A stretch of 63,877 nt of DNA, counting the filler, from Reticulomyxa filosa (lineage: Eukaryota; Protista; Foraminifera), in assembly GCA_000512085.1 (NCBI GenBank). It is 18 parts of 18 records of this genome, joined end to end, with 100 filler letters (N's around TTAATTAATTAA, not from the genome) between each part and the next. Parts side by side here need not be neighbours in the genome. Positions count along the whole stretch, not along the records: positions 24,601 to 27,293 come from ASPP01027691.1; positions 27,394 to 31,885 come from ASPP01009580.1; positions 31,986 to 39,028 come from ASPP01013988.1; positions 39,129 to 41,110 come from ASPP01027321.1; 14 more parts are not named here. One strand, written 5' to 3'. Numbering within the stretch: the first letter of the stretch is position 1; the number at the start of each line of letters is the position of its first letter. Shown one piece after another: positions 27,041 through 40,479 of the stretch. The position numbers and the translations under genes were made by a program. The notes beneath the pieces are model-generated. The model was not told the origin of the DNA. It worked only from the letters and a program-made list of their open reading frames with translations, and searched no databases.

Positions 27041-27140
27041 GAAGTTATTTAATGCATGGTGGAGTTACGCAATGTATAACGAAGTTATGCAATGTATGTT
27101 GGAGTATGCAATGCATGGTGGAGTTACGCAAGTTATGCAA
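27041..27140. repeat. Degenerate ~20-bp minisatellite, about 5 copies (GRAGTTAYGCAATGYATGGT)
   Basis: Units gaagttatttaatgcatggt / ggagttacgcaatgtataac / gaagttatgcaatgtatgtt / ggagtatgcaatgcatggt / ggagttacgcaa... Confidence 0.75.
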
Positions 27141-27478
27141 CACCTGATATGTTGTTCCAGGTCAATTGATGTTATTCAGTGTCATTTATTTTTTTTCTAG
27201 GACAGTTAATGTTTTTCCATGATATGTAAAGCAAGTTATGATGTTAAATATATTATAATATGCATTCTATGATGTTCCAGACGCCTGCTAATGNNNNNNN
27301 NNNNNNNNNNNNNNNNNNNNNNNNNNNNNNNNNNNNNTTAATTAATTAANNNNNNNNNNNNNNNNNNNNNNNNNNNNNNNNNNNNNNNNNNNNATATTAT
27401 GTATATGTACATATACATATGCATATATATATTATATATATATATGTATATATATTTATATATATTTGCTTGACATAC

Positions 27479-28039
27479 CTCACCCCACTTATCTCCTATA
27501 AATGATCCATCCTTTTGTTGCAAACTGCAAATGAAATCAGCGATTTTGCTAAGCTTTATTCCGTGGTCTGTCAATGCCTTTGGGAAGGCGTTCAACAATA
27601 TAAGCACTTGCAGCGCTGACAGGGTGTTCAACAAATGCGCATCGTGACCGATGTTTCCTCCGAAACCTCCTATCTCTTCGTCATAACATTGAACCACAAA
27701 CTCAATCAACTCTTTTCGCTTTGCTTTTGATATCTGTGATATTTCATCCAACAAATCCAATGCGCATAACGCCCAATACAATACTTGCATTCGCAAGTGC
27801 TCTGTCTGACAGAACTCATAACTCTCTTCACTGTCTTGCAACTTCAAAATAAACTGCGTGTGCTTTGCCCGGTAAAATGGTGTTTGATAACCCTCTATCG
27901 TCTCTATTGCCTTTTTCTCACACTCTTTTGTTTCCTCGCGTTTTTCTGGCCACTCATCTTCTGACGATTGTTTATTTGGAGCTGTAGTACTCTCTAAAAA
28001 CTTCAAAATATCATCAAGATATTGCAGGGAAGAGCACAT
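27479..28039 (-). CDS. RABGGTB: Rab geranylgeranyltransferase (type II) beta subunit, exon 1
   Basis: TEHLRMQVLYWALCALDLL, GGFGGNIGHDAHLLNTLSALQVL and LQQKDGSFIGDKWGE are characteristic of RABGGTB/Bet2. A GT donor follows GE; the rest lies beyond the spacer. Confidence 0.92.
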
Positions 28040-31000
28040 ATGAAATGTGAATTGTCAAATATAAATGGAAGAATGCTCGGCACAATAAAGGGATCTTTTT
28101 TTTATAAAAACACACCGATAAAAAGTATTTGCTCATTGTAATAATTTACATGTGCAATGCTTAACGCTTTTTTGTGCACAAATGTCTTTATTACAACAAA
28201 GAAATCTCTTTTAACTTCAATCTTTTGAGTAAATGTCCTACAGACTTGTTGTGATGAACAGAAAAGAAGTCTAAATAAAGATATTTTTGTATTTTGTTTA
28301 AATATATATATTTTCTTTAAGAAGACTTGCATAACATAAATTTGTTGCGATTGATATTAATACAACTTAAGTCTTGTTTCACTAACTATGAAAGAAACAA
28401 AAATAAGCTAAAAAGATATCTTCGATATTTTGAGCTTATGATCGTTTTGTTCTTGGTTAATTGAATAATTTATTAAAACGCAAAAGTTACGCGAAAAAAG
28501 TGTGTATTCTTAAAAACGTATACGTTGATAAATGAATACTATAACTACCCATCATTAATTGTTATCAATAAACGAATAAATATATTTTCGAATATCTTTG
28601 TTTCTAATTTTGTGTATTTGTTTATGATAAAGAACAGTATAAAATAAATAATTACAAATAGATAATTTACACGCCTTTTGCTTCAATTACGTAGCATTTT
28701 TATGTTTAGTATTAATGTCATTGTTATCTTCGTTGTTGTGCGAGCATGTCAATGTGATTACACTATTTTGTCTCTTTTTGTCAAGACACCAATCTATGTA
28801 TTCATAAAATCAAATATCTTTTTTTGTGCACCAAAGTGGTTTATTTTTGTACATTTTTTTGCAAAATCTTCACAAGAGTATATTACAAAGTTTGCGATTG
28901 ATTTCGGGATTGTTAGTGCAGATGTACCTGTTCCTTTGTTAAATGAGGGCGGAATGCGTCATTTGATGATAATATATATTAATGTCTTAGCATAATTAAT
29001 TACTGTAATGAATGCAGACTAACACTAGCTCTCGGATGAATAAAATAACAAATATACACAATGTATAGATATATCATTATCTCATTTTTTGCTTTCTTTA
29101 AACAATGCGTAGATGTTCTTTGATATTTTACTGCTTTCTGTGCTGTGCTTTTTTAATTAAAAATTTTCTCAGACCGGCCAGATTGGTGTTATTGTCACTA
29201 CTGCTCCTTTTCTGGTGTTATTTTTATTGAATTCCATATTTTTTTTGTCCTTTGGTGTTGTTGCATTGCCCACAATTGATATGAACTCTGTTGTCGCTTT
29301 TATCGTTTATCTCTTTCCTTCCGTTCGACCTTCCGAAATCTTTTTTTTCAGAGCTGTGACATATTTAGTAATTCTTACAGTCCTTTTGACAGTAGGTCGA
29401 TTATTTTAATCTCTTATCTATACAAGACACAAGTTATAATTTCTTAGATTTTTGCAATTTCAGCTATGAAAATATATGTCGTTTCAATAAGAGAGTTATA
29501 AGAAGTCTAATCTTGCGAAATAGGCAGAGATTTTTGTAACAAAAAAATGACAATTATTGTAAAAGATTGATATTTTGGTCTTTGTTAATTTGTAATTCAC
29601 AAAAATAATTTAATTGAAGGAAATTATGCTCCCCAATAAAATTAGTACCAAGTAAATTGATACTATTAATTTTTGCAATCTACTGTATAGTTAACAATAT
29701 ACAACCAAATTCAATAAACGTAGACAATGTATTTCCATTGCTATACATGATCCTAAAATGACGGGATACTTTGTATATTGTGTAGGCAAGGTACTACACC
29801 TCGAAAAACTTCCAAGGGCCTTGAAAACTTTTCTTGTTTCACTTTTCATCAATATTTCTTGTTTTTCCTTTTGGTTATTCAATTATTTAATTCATTTTCG
29901 TTTTTTGTTGAAATCTTTGTCCAAAAGCAAAATTATTTTTCGTTAACTTAAGTTTTTGTTTTTACTGGACTAGTTCAAGAAAGCGTTTGTATTGAAAACT
30001 CACTAACGCTATCCATGACCACCTTCTTCCTATATACTTTGCGTATCGAGGAAAAAAACTGTACGTATATTTAAAAGATACATAGCCTTATAGTTTTTTA
30101 CCTTTTAATATTTGATTGTGAGATGTGAAAAACCACAATATCTCATAGAATTCTCTTAGGCTGCAATCACGTGATCAAAATATAAATAAAAGATTATGAT
30201 AGAACCGCATAAAGTTAAGGATTACATAGAACAGTTCTATTAAAGAAAAATTACAACTTTACAAATAAAAACTTGTAATATTTTTTTTGAACAATCTGTA
30301 GAAAGAAAGCATATGACAAACAAAGAATTTTGTCATTTTTCATTTCTTTCGATACAAACACTGATCTAATTTAAAGACTTTGAAAAATACGTCAATTTTG
30401 TTAATTGTTTCGCACGTACAATTTGTTACGTATACAAAACAAAAGTGAAAGTATTAAATTTCAAAGTTGCTAATCTTCGTAGTTTTGTGCTATCGATATG
30501 TAAACAAACTTAAATAGTGGATTATTCGCTTTTCAGGCTTTAGGGCACTGTTTTTTAAATACACATATACATTCTTCGCGGTCTTTTTCACTCTTATGCA
30601 TCTTTTTGCCCTATAGTCTTGCGATTTTCTTTAAAAAAATTTTTTTGATAAACAGGAATTTAGAATACCGTTTTTGACTTGTTCGCAGTTGACTGTCAAG
30701 TAACTAAAAAACCTAAGGGTTTCGAACAGCTCAATCAATCTCGTTTCAAGATGAATGCACAAGTCCGGCTGTCAATCAAAATGACGTTGCTTCTATGATT
30801 ATGTTTCATCACTCACAAGAACTTCAAATATATTGTTAGGGAACTCAAACAAAATTTGGAGAATTTTGGTTGTATACACTTAACTTTTTAACGTTTTGTA
30901 ATAATATTTCTTTTGTATCTTATTTAGTGTTTTATACAAAGGTTTTAAAAAAAGGTTTAACATCTGGACGTCGAAATACTTTTAATTTTGTTTCAAAGCT

Positions 31001-31987
31001 AAAACCGACAATATTTTTGGAAAGGCGTACAATTAAAAAGGTGCAAAGGGGAAAAATAGATCAGTTTAAGTTTTTAAAAAAGACCCAGAAGGGGCTCCTG
31101 TTCGAAAAGCTCTTATCTTCAACTAAAACGAAAATAAGACAATTCTTCTTTCATCAGTATGAAAATTGTTGCAGAAAGGTGTAGGATGAAGATAATAGAA
31201 ATGGAAGTTTTTTTTAATTTTGAAAAACGGGCCAGTCAGAGGCGCATCCTAGAATATGCAGAAAATCAGTGCCAAGCGTATCAAACAATTTAAATCATCA
31301 AAAATGATTCATCATCCAAAAAAAATTGTCGTGAAAATAAACATCACAACAGCCTTACTTTTGAATGCTTCAGACCTCTCTAGTAGGTCATGTGCTTGAA
31401 ATAATCCAATTTTATCTTTTTTTTGTTTTCCGTTTTTTCCGGAGTTGTCCGTAATTTCCTTAAAAAAACAAGGCGTTTGTTCACACAAACCGGGCAAGGG
31501 ACAAAAAAAGGGAGCAGTACTTGTTGTTTTAAACGGAAAAAAAAACAGAAAATTGATAGAAAGAAAAAAAAAAGAGAGAAAAATCAACAGAATTCGGACA
31601 AAGTACGTCAGTAAGTTTGTGTTGTTGTAAGTGAAAAACACAAAGACTAGAAACAAAAAAAAAAACAAAAGCATTGTATTATTTCCTCTCGTTACAATTG
31701 ACATAAATTAACCTTCAAACTTTTTGTTTCTTTTTTCTCTTTGTTCTTCTCCCCCTACTGTTGGTCGGTTACTTTTTTGACACAAAAAATGGATTTGCGT
31801 CGAATGCAAAAAAAAAAAAAAAAACTTAGTAAAAAAAAACCAGACAAAAAAAAGTCTCACCAAAAAAAAAAAAAAAAAAAAAGTGNNNNNNNNNNNNNNN
31901 NNNNNNNNNNNNNNNNNNNNNNNNNNNNNTTAATTAATTAANNNNNNNNNNNNNNNNNNNNNNNNNNNNNNNNNNNNNNNNNNNNAC

Positions 31988-32019
<32 letters not shown>

Positions 32020-32036
32020 GTATGTATATATTAAAC

Positions 32037-32625
32037 TTTGGTTTAAATCGAATTGGATCACAGGCCAAATATACGTTTTCGAAAGAATGGGTTTGAATGT
32101 ATCGCAATTGCCCAGCGGCATGCTGCAAGAATTGGTCCACGGTGATGCCGTTGTCACTGTCCGTGTTCGGCGACTTCCATTGAATCAGGGTTTGCAATGG
32201 CAAATTCTCCGATACGTATTCGAATATCGGACAATGGTGGTTTATCTTTGGCCTTACTTTTTCGTTCTTCAAAATCTTCTTCAGGTATTGCGGCGTAAAT
32301 TTCGATATATTCATCACGCGATCCATCCCTTCGATTACCACCGGCGTTCGCTGTCGCGCAATCTATGTGGTTTCAATGTTTGCTGCTTCTTATTATACAC
32401 ACAACAACAGCAACAACGAAAAGACAACGCAACTTTATCAATAAAAGCAGATGCTGCTTTCACGTCAGAGTCAGGCCATACGAGTCTGGGCAGTGCTTTA
32501 AAAGAAGAACCATTTTCAGTGGCTGATTTCGCATCGAACCACCAATACAAGCCAAATGCAAGAAGAACTGCAAAAACACTTGTTAATGCGAACTTCGATA
32601 GCGTTGATGTATTTGAATCATTCAT
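32037..32625 (-). CDS. Membrane-anchored JmjC/cupin-like oxygenase, 5' part (2 exons)
   Basis: N-terminal hydrophobic helix FALTSVFAVLLAFGLYWWF. Intron 32363-32433 joins to IARQRTPVVIEGMDRVMNISKFTPQYLKK..ITVDQFL, the usual N-terminal pattern of JMJD5/JMJD8-type JmjC proteins (PVVI.G...W.P.YL; M...EF). The catalytic HxD is not in the contig. Confidence 0.55.
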
Positions 32626-33386
32626 CGAATCGACAAAGATTACATTTCTCCGGTTCAAGGGGCTTCGTTTATACTTTTTTGCAGAAAAAATCTTTACTGT
32701 CACGAAACGTGGAAATATTAGAAGATTGTAGTTGAAAAGCTACAAATTTCTTTTATACAGAAAAAACAAAATTACAACTCAAAGAGTCGGCGTTGCAAGT
32801 GCTCCTTGGAAAAAGTCTGTATTTGATAAGGCACATGCGTCGAATATGTTGTTTCAATTACGGACACAAGTGCTGCGGAGTTTGATGACTAAACCGCCCT
32901 GCTATCGTCGCTTATTATAACAAACTACATGCAAAAAACAAAGGAAACTGACAAATCGCAAGTGATATCAGTTCTAAAATATCTACAATCTGTCTCATTT
33001 GAACGCAACATTGACTCAGTAGATAAATTACGCAATCAAGACAATATAGTATAAACTATCAGTAGAGTCATAATTGACTCTAAAGTTGCATCAGCGTTTT
33101 TTTGGCAACATTACAATTATTTTTTCTTTTTAGCTCTTTGGTTTTACTAGAGTAGAACTTTATGCGTTTGGCACCAACTGTTTATGCAGTATATATAAGA
33201 AAATAATTCTGTTTTGATCCAAGCATGTAAGACAGGGCTTCGAACTAGTCTTCTGAAGCGAAGATATGTTCGCAATGAGAGCGGAGTACGACAAGGTGGC
33301 TTGCCTTATTTGAAGTTATTATCAAATTTACAATTAGTAAAAAAACTTAAGTCGATTATTGTCATTTGCAGAGAATATTATGCAAA

Positions 33387-33738
33387 TCAGCTTTTCTTTT
33401 TATGGTTCCATTACACTTATATGACGACAGCCAAAATCGAATATACTTATATTACATTTCTTTGCTACAGATCAAATACTAGCTGCACCAACAGCAACTC
33501 TTTTCTTAAAAGCAATCAAATGTTTCACTATTTTAAATATCAAAATTTTGAAATATCAATTAAAAATATTAACAATAAAGAAAATTAGCAAAAAAAAATT
33601 TTAATATTTAAAAACTACAAGATTAGTAGATATTTTTTTAAAAAAATTAGGTTTAAATCTTTATTTTTCGTTGAGAAAATCAATTCTCTTCATATAGTGC
33701 CATTTATGTATGTCACTTTTTTTTGCAATATAATGTAA
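33387..33738. repeat. Dispersed non-coding repeat, copy B
   Basis: Reverse complement of 17187-17541. Confidence 0.9.
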
Positions 33739-35154
33739 TATTGAATATAAACATTGAATTACAATGACTATTGTTTGGATTCACAACTTGTAATGATTTT
33801 ACTTTTAATTTATTTTTATCAAATAATATTATTGTTTGATGTTGGTAATAAAATACTATTTCCATTTTATTCGATAACATGCACACCCTTCTTGGAACAC
33901 AACAAAATATATACAAACCAATACATTGTTTGTTCATTGATCACCATTTTGTCAATTCAACAATCATGAAAATAGAATATGACCGCTTTGATAATATCAA
34001 TTATTACCATTTTATTTTTTAAGTCTCAAATATCGCAAATTTTCTTACAAATTGCAAATATTTATTCGAAATCTACACCTATGTAAGCCTTCCAAGTAAA
34101 TTGCTGTATAAAACATGTTTATAAATTTGATAAGTATGATATTTCAAAATATCAACAAGATATGCAAACACATTTCTCTCTATATTTTAAATTCATTTTT
34201 TTTTGTCTATCAAATCATTTTTTATTTTATATTACATTAATGTGTGCTTTTCATTTTCATTACTCATTCAAGTTGGAAGTTGCAAATATCTCTTGCAATT
34301 TCTCTATATTTGCGATATTGTTTTTCCGAGTTTATAATCAAAGTTTTTGAATAAAAACATTAAGTGTTATTGTTGCAAATTTGCTGTATTGTAATAAGTA
34401 AAGCAATACTTTTTGGAAAATATATCGTGATTTTGTGTATTAAAAAAGATAAATATGTGAATTTGTTACGTGTTTTTTGCTGGCCATGTTAAGATCTTCT
34501 TTGCCCCACAGCTTGATTAAATCATTTCAATAAATCTGAAATGATCTATTCATCACATCTCGGGGAACGTATTTTGAAGTTGTACAAGTATGATGAAGTT
34601 AACTTCAAAACAAATCCTTTTTTATTTGAGTTTCATAAACTTGGTCAAGAAATATTACAAATTAAAAAAATGATATTTTATTAGTTAAATGGTTAACACA
34701 AACTAAAATTTGTCAAAAATAACCGTATAAAGAGACTTTTTAAAAATATGTGAAAAATGTATGAATACGTGCTTGGTTATTACCTTTGGGCAATTATTCT
34801 TTTGAAGTACGCGTTCTAAAAAATACAAATTGAAAAAACGACACACTTAGCATCTGATAAACAAACGATCAAATAATAAAATTCTTTATTAGCTTGATGT
34901 GAATTTCTAAAATATTTCAAATGTTTTTTGGGATTAAAAGTATCGATATTTTTCCTACAATGAACAAACATTAAAAATAAATAAATGCGTTAAAGTAGTC
35001 AATCCCATATTTAAAATATTTATAAAAATAGGATATATATGTCATTTTTTGCAAACTTCTATACTTACTAGCTAATTTTTTTTCAGTGTTTTTGAAAATT
35101 AGATTCAGGATAAAGTTTGAAAATAGATAACAAACTCAAAAATTACGTTGGAAT

Positions 35155-38100
35155 ATGTCAACTGATAATGGCTCAGAGCTTCTTTTTCTTCCTCCTGATC
35201 ACCTTCCCTTAAGTCAAAAAGCAAGTAGTAATGATACAACGGTGAGTATAATGGAAGCCTCTTCGAAAGAAGACGGGCTGGGACAAGAAAGCAAACTTCC
35301 AATAGAAACGTCTACTTCGGCACTGAGTGTGAAAAGTAATACAGCAGACACAAAAAATGACGATAAGACAAACGAGAAGATGACAACACAAATGAAGCTA
35401 CAGCAATTGACAAATAATCTCGATATAGCACTAGCATTCACGGAGGTATGTTTGTAATTGTGTGCACATGGGATGTAGCAAAAGGCAATGAGATTTTGAA
35501 AACGAATAAAACTGTGAGCATTCACATTCACAAACAAAACACAGGAGGAAAAAAAGTCAAAAAAAAATGTATATTTCAATATGGAAGCCAACACACAGCG
35601 GAATATGACGGATGAAAATGACGTCGAAATAGAGCTTACAAACGCAAATCAAAACGACAATGACGAAAAGAAATACAATAGCAATGAAGACGACGATGAT
35701 GACAAAGATAATGATGACAACGAGAACGATCACAAATATAATGACACAGATAAAGATAAAGGCAAAGATAAGGACACAAAACTAGAGAGTGGAGGACAGC
35801 ATCACAAATCTCGAAGCGGTCCAATATTGGCGGATAAGTTTGAACCTGACCATAGAACCATTTCCCATTACGACCCAATGTTTGAGCAAACGGAATATGC
35901 CGCAAAGAATGTCATCAAACCGGTGTTTAATAATGTGTTTATGGAAAAATTTGGACCTGAAGTGGATATTACAGAAGCAATGGGAGAAATTCGAAGATTA
36001 TTTTGTGCATTGCATTTTCTGCAAGAAGGTTGAGAACTTGAGTCCCCCTTTTTTTTTTTTTTTTTTTTAACAAACTTTCAAAAAAAAAAAATTACCAAAA
36101 TGCACACATTCTTACATACATATTACATGTTGAATTATACATCTATATTGTACATTGCAATCTTTTTATATATGTATATATTCGTACATATGCATATACA
36201 CAAACCGTCATCACAAAAAAAGTTATAAAAAAAAAAATAATGTGATGTGCACTTGCAGAGTACAATATATTTGAGACATTGCCTGACTATTTGTATCACC
36301 AAGCACGATGCTTGGGCAAAGCGGGGCAACTGTCGTCGTCCTTTCCAGTGAGAAAAGAACTGGAAAAAGAAATGAAAAGAACTCCAACGATGTATCCTTG
36401 GAACCATCCCAAGCGTAAAGAGCCATCATCCACACTTCTCACATTCAATTTCTGTATCGACACTCGATGCAATCTGCCAATCGCGATAATGTTAGGATGG
36501 AGGAGGGCCTAATTTTTTGTCTGTTTTTTTTTAAAAAAAAAGGGGAAGGAGGCCCAAAATATAAGGTTAAAAAAAACAACCCCTCCATGTGTGCGCACAT
36601 GTATAAAAAAAAAGTTAATGAGAAAGGCGACCCATCGTCAAATACCAGACTCAGATTTGAAACGACTGTATGTTTTTGTATTAGTTGATTTTGGTTTGTT
36701 TTTTTTTTTGCTCAAAAACCAAAAAAAAAAAGTGAAGTGCAGACCGAAATGATTACTGTGCATGCTATGTGTATACACGTATTAGACTTCTGTGTCCACC
36801 CTTTTTTTTTTTTTAAACATGACTTGTTTTGAATGGACAGTGTTGATAAATACAATAACAATGGTTTGTACGGATGGAATCAACAGCGAATGTCCCAAAT
36901 AATCGACAAAGAACTCCGCCACATTGTTAACAAAAAAAAAGCTATTTGTTCTGAGGAGAAAAAAAAAAAAAAGGGGGCTGCATTTTTGTGTATAGACGCG
37001 TATATGCTATATGTATATGTGTGCGAATACTAAAAAAAAAAAAAAAAAAAGCCACAAACAGAACGCAATCTAACCACTCCAATGCCACGAATGGCCTCAA
37101 ATTCGCGACGTGGCGGACCTACATTGGACACTGGCGTGATTACCGAAGCGCGTGATACGGGGTTAAGTGCGTCGTATTTTGAATCGATTCATTACTGGAA
37201 CAACCCACCGTTCTTTCAAGCCTTGTTTCAAATCACGCCGAGCGAGGACGAAATGCACTGCTATCGAGAGTTGATGGCAATCATGTATGACGAACATGAT
37301 ACTCGCAGCAACACCGTTGGAATTGGTGGAATGACTACTTTTTTAACCGCAATGATGCTACTGCGTAAAGACGACAACGCCATTGCTCACGACAACCGTG
37401 GATGGATTTTTGCAATCGATAACATTTTGTCGGTTCTGTTGTATCGAGATCACTACAGCTATTATCTGACCAATTGGGTTGGAGGTAATGATAACTTTTT
37501 TTTTTTTTATCCGCATATGTTTTGTAGTTTCAACATGGTTTGTACATTTTTGATTGGTTGCAATGTTTTTTTTTTTGGGGGGGGGGGGTCCCTTTTTCCC
37601 TTTTGCAGAGTTGCAGCTGTCCTTTACAATGGAAGTAGATGACACATCGAATTTTCGCGAATTGCAAAATCGAAATGTATTGTATTTGATGAAAGAGGCC
37701 ATTGTGAAAGGTTACAAAGGAATCCCCTCGTTGACAGGAGAGGAAGACACGCCCGATATCCCCCACAACGACATAATACTGCGAGACAAAAAGATATTGC
37801 AAAAGTATAGCTTGAACACGAGGACGCAAGTGCATATGACATTTGGCATTCGCGTAAATGACTCGCAACGCATGCATCGCCATAAGCCGCAGCTCGTGTT
37901 TCAGCATATCGCAATAAAATTGTCCAGACACATATTGGACCGGAGATCGTTTATGCAAATGTTCCAAAACCACATTCGTGGAACGCCCTTCCGTTTGGTG
38001 GAAATCAAACCCAGCGAGTTGTACGCTTTTCCTTATCAAGACTATGTACCAAGTATGGTCGTCGACATCAACCGGCAAATATCTGCCAACATCCCCGACA

Positions 38101-38861
38101 CGATTCGCACAAACACGGAAGCGGCACAAATGAGCATGCAAACCCGAACCTACTCCGCAGGGGACCTGCATGGAATACAGGAATCGTCGTTCCATTTCCT
38201 GTCCAATTATCGCAACACTCAACATGGCAACTTCACCGCCACGGACGTGAAGAGAGAATTCTCAAAGGCCTTTCAAGGGGAGGAGTTGATGTTGGATACG
38301 GAGCAATATGTATCTAAAATCATTGAACGCAATATGGTTTGTACTTTTTTTTATTTTTCTATTTTTTTTATTTTTTCTCCTTTCCTTCCCTTCTTTTCGC
38401 TCCATTGGGAAGAAGTCACATGTGGGACATTAAAAAAAAAAAAAAAAATGGAAACAAAATAGGTCTCTTGGCTAAGTCAAGTGGCCAAACGATTTCAACC
38501 GCGATTTTTGTTTGCAGATTCTGACTCTTCATTCACAGAGATGTTGCAGATATCCAAAGAAGACGAAACGAAAATTAGAAGCAGCGATCAATACGACGAG
38601 CCACCCTCTGGACAAGTGGATATTTTGGATGTCAGCAAAAAACCCAATGACGCGAACAGCGCAGCGGTTTCTTCTTCCCCTACTCTTGGCCATATGATTT
38701 GCTGCTACAAATGCGAGCTGACGTTCACCATGATCCTGTTCGGTTTTTTGTTGTGTGCTGTGGTCGCCATCAGTGGTTATACCACATGGCAAGTGCTGTT
38801 AAGTTTGGCAAAAACAATACATTTGAAACATTCAAAACAAATAAACGACATTCAATATTAA
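35155..38861 (+). CDS. Large multi-exon hypothetical protein with acidic N-terminus and late TM segment
   Basis: About 8 colinear exons bounded by GT/AG (35155-35446, ~35599-36028, ~36259-36490, ~36614-36667, ~36841-36940, ~37062-37483, 37609-38336, 38463-~38790). TM segment LTFTMILFGFLLCAVVAISGY. Two junctions (~36420-36490 and ~36930) do not phase cleanly. Confidence 0.65.
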
Positions 38862-39128
38862 CAACAAAGTGGATGATAAAGGGCTTGAAGAATAAAATAA
38901 ACAAACAAATCCAAAATACATAATAAAACAAAAAAAAAAAAAAAAAAAAAAAAAATAGTAAATTTTAAAAAAAAAAGGAGCTTGCCATTGTACGCAAACG
39001 GTAAAAGGCCTGATGAACATGGGCGATGNNNNNNNNNNNNNNNNNNNNNNNNNNNNNNNNNNNNNNNNNNNNTTAATTAATTAANNNNNNNNNNNNNNNN
39101 NNNNNNNNNNNNNNNNNNNNNNNNNNNN

Positions 39129-39635
39129 GAATGGTTTTTATCGTGTGAATATGACACAATAGTTTGACCATCAAATAAAAAATTTATATCCCATATTAAA
39201 TCTAAATATCCTGTTAACATTTGCAATCCATTTCCTGAATTTACATTGTATTGCCATCTCAACACGAAATAGCAACCTTTCCGTCTGGAGAAAAATCTGC
39301 AAAATTAATCCAATCAGAAGATCCTGTTAAAATTTGTATTTATTCTATTGACATAACAATAATTTTGTCAAATTCATTGATCCATCCCAATGGTCCCCAC
39401 GTATCCTTTGAATAATCAAAAGCCAAAAATTATTAACAATTTAAAAAAATTACACGTAAAAAGATAAAAACGAAACTTTTAAAACGCATACATATTCTAA
39501 TCATTATTTGCTTTTCTCCATTCCTTTCTAACAATCAGAAAACGAAAATATAATTCTTCACTTTCTTTAATATCTCGGAAGGCATAAGTTCCATAACATA
39601 TTTTTTCTTTCCTTCGACATTCAAATGAGTGCCAT
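39129..39635 (-). pseudogene. Decayed WD40-repeat gene
   Basis: Remnants ILTGSSDWINFADFSPDGK and LFDGQTIVSYSHDK interrupted by frameshifts. Confidence 0.6.
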
Positions 39636-40479
39636 AATTTGGCGATGTTTGTGATCTGTGAAAACAAAAAACAAATATTATATCAAACAAATTGTATAAG
39701 CACGTGACCAAAGAAATAAATGCGAATTAGCGTTTTGAAACAAAACGTTTAAAATGACTTACACAATCAATTTCTTAGAGTTTCAATACCATCGGCTTAA
39801 GTTAAAATGATAAATCACAAACTATAGATTTTTGGTTTTCTTTCCTTTTTGACCCTTTTTTTGAGTTAGTTTTCGTTCACTAGTTTTCTATTCTTTTTGA
39901 CTATAGTAGAAGGATTTACAAAAATTTTAATACCCTGGTTATTATTATCATATGAAATAAAACAACAAACAAAAAATTATTTTTCAAAATGGTTATACAA
40001 ATCGATAGATTATTGACACGTTACATTGATTTGATGATCATTATAGAAATGAAATAGCAAGATCGTTACAAAGTTATCCATGATAATATATTGTTGGAGA
40101 AATTTTCAAAATACTGCGCTTGTCTGATAAGAGAGCTTACAAGCTTTCATTGCTCAAGTTTTGTACCTTGCTAATTTTTACTTTTTATAACTGGTCGGAT
40201 TGTTGTGTGTTTCAAATATAATTTATTTTTTTGACAGACCATTTGGATTGAATTTATGATATCAAAAACTTTGAATCAAAATGAAAACTTGCATATATAT
40301 TAGGGACTAAAAAATGAACATAAATAAATTACTCTTTTTGTAATAATTTCTTGAAAAAAGAAATTAGAACTTGTATCAGTTAACAAAATAAACATCCTTT
40401 TCCAAACCTTTTGAACCTCTTGCTTATTTGATAGTAAATAAAATGTAGTACATTTCTTGAAACTGTCCTTTTCTCTTCC

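Noticed and set aside
27041-27140. CRISPR array
   Set aside because: Units are contiguous with no unique spacers, there are no cas genes, and the context is eukaryotic.
28600-31885. Short ORFs of 60-130 aa and weak inverted similarity between ~30040-30095 and ~30535-30590
   Set aside because: F/L/K-biased products expected from AT-rich DNA with no motifs; the inverted match is too weak to call terminal inverted repeats.
32012-32731. 239-aa plus-strand ORF
   Set aside because: Antisense to the spliced JmjC-like gene; it runs through intron microsatellite and has no motifs.
37530-38225. 231-aa minus-strand ORF (and similar shadows at 9028-9498, 12604-12969, 15225-15713, 58900-59391)
   Set aside because: Antisense or low-complexity shadows of better-supported genes on the opposite strand.
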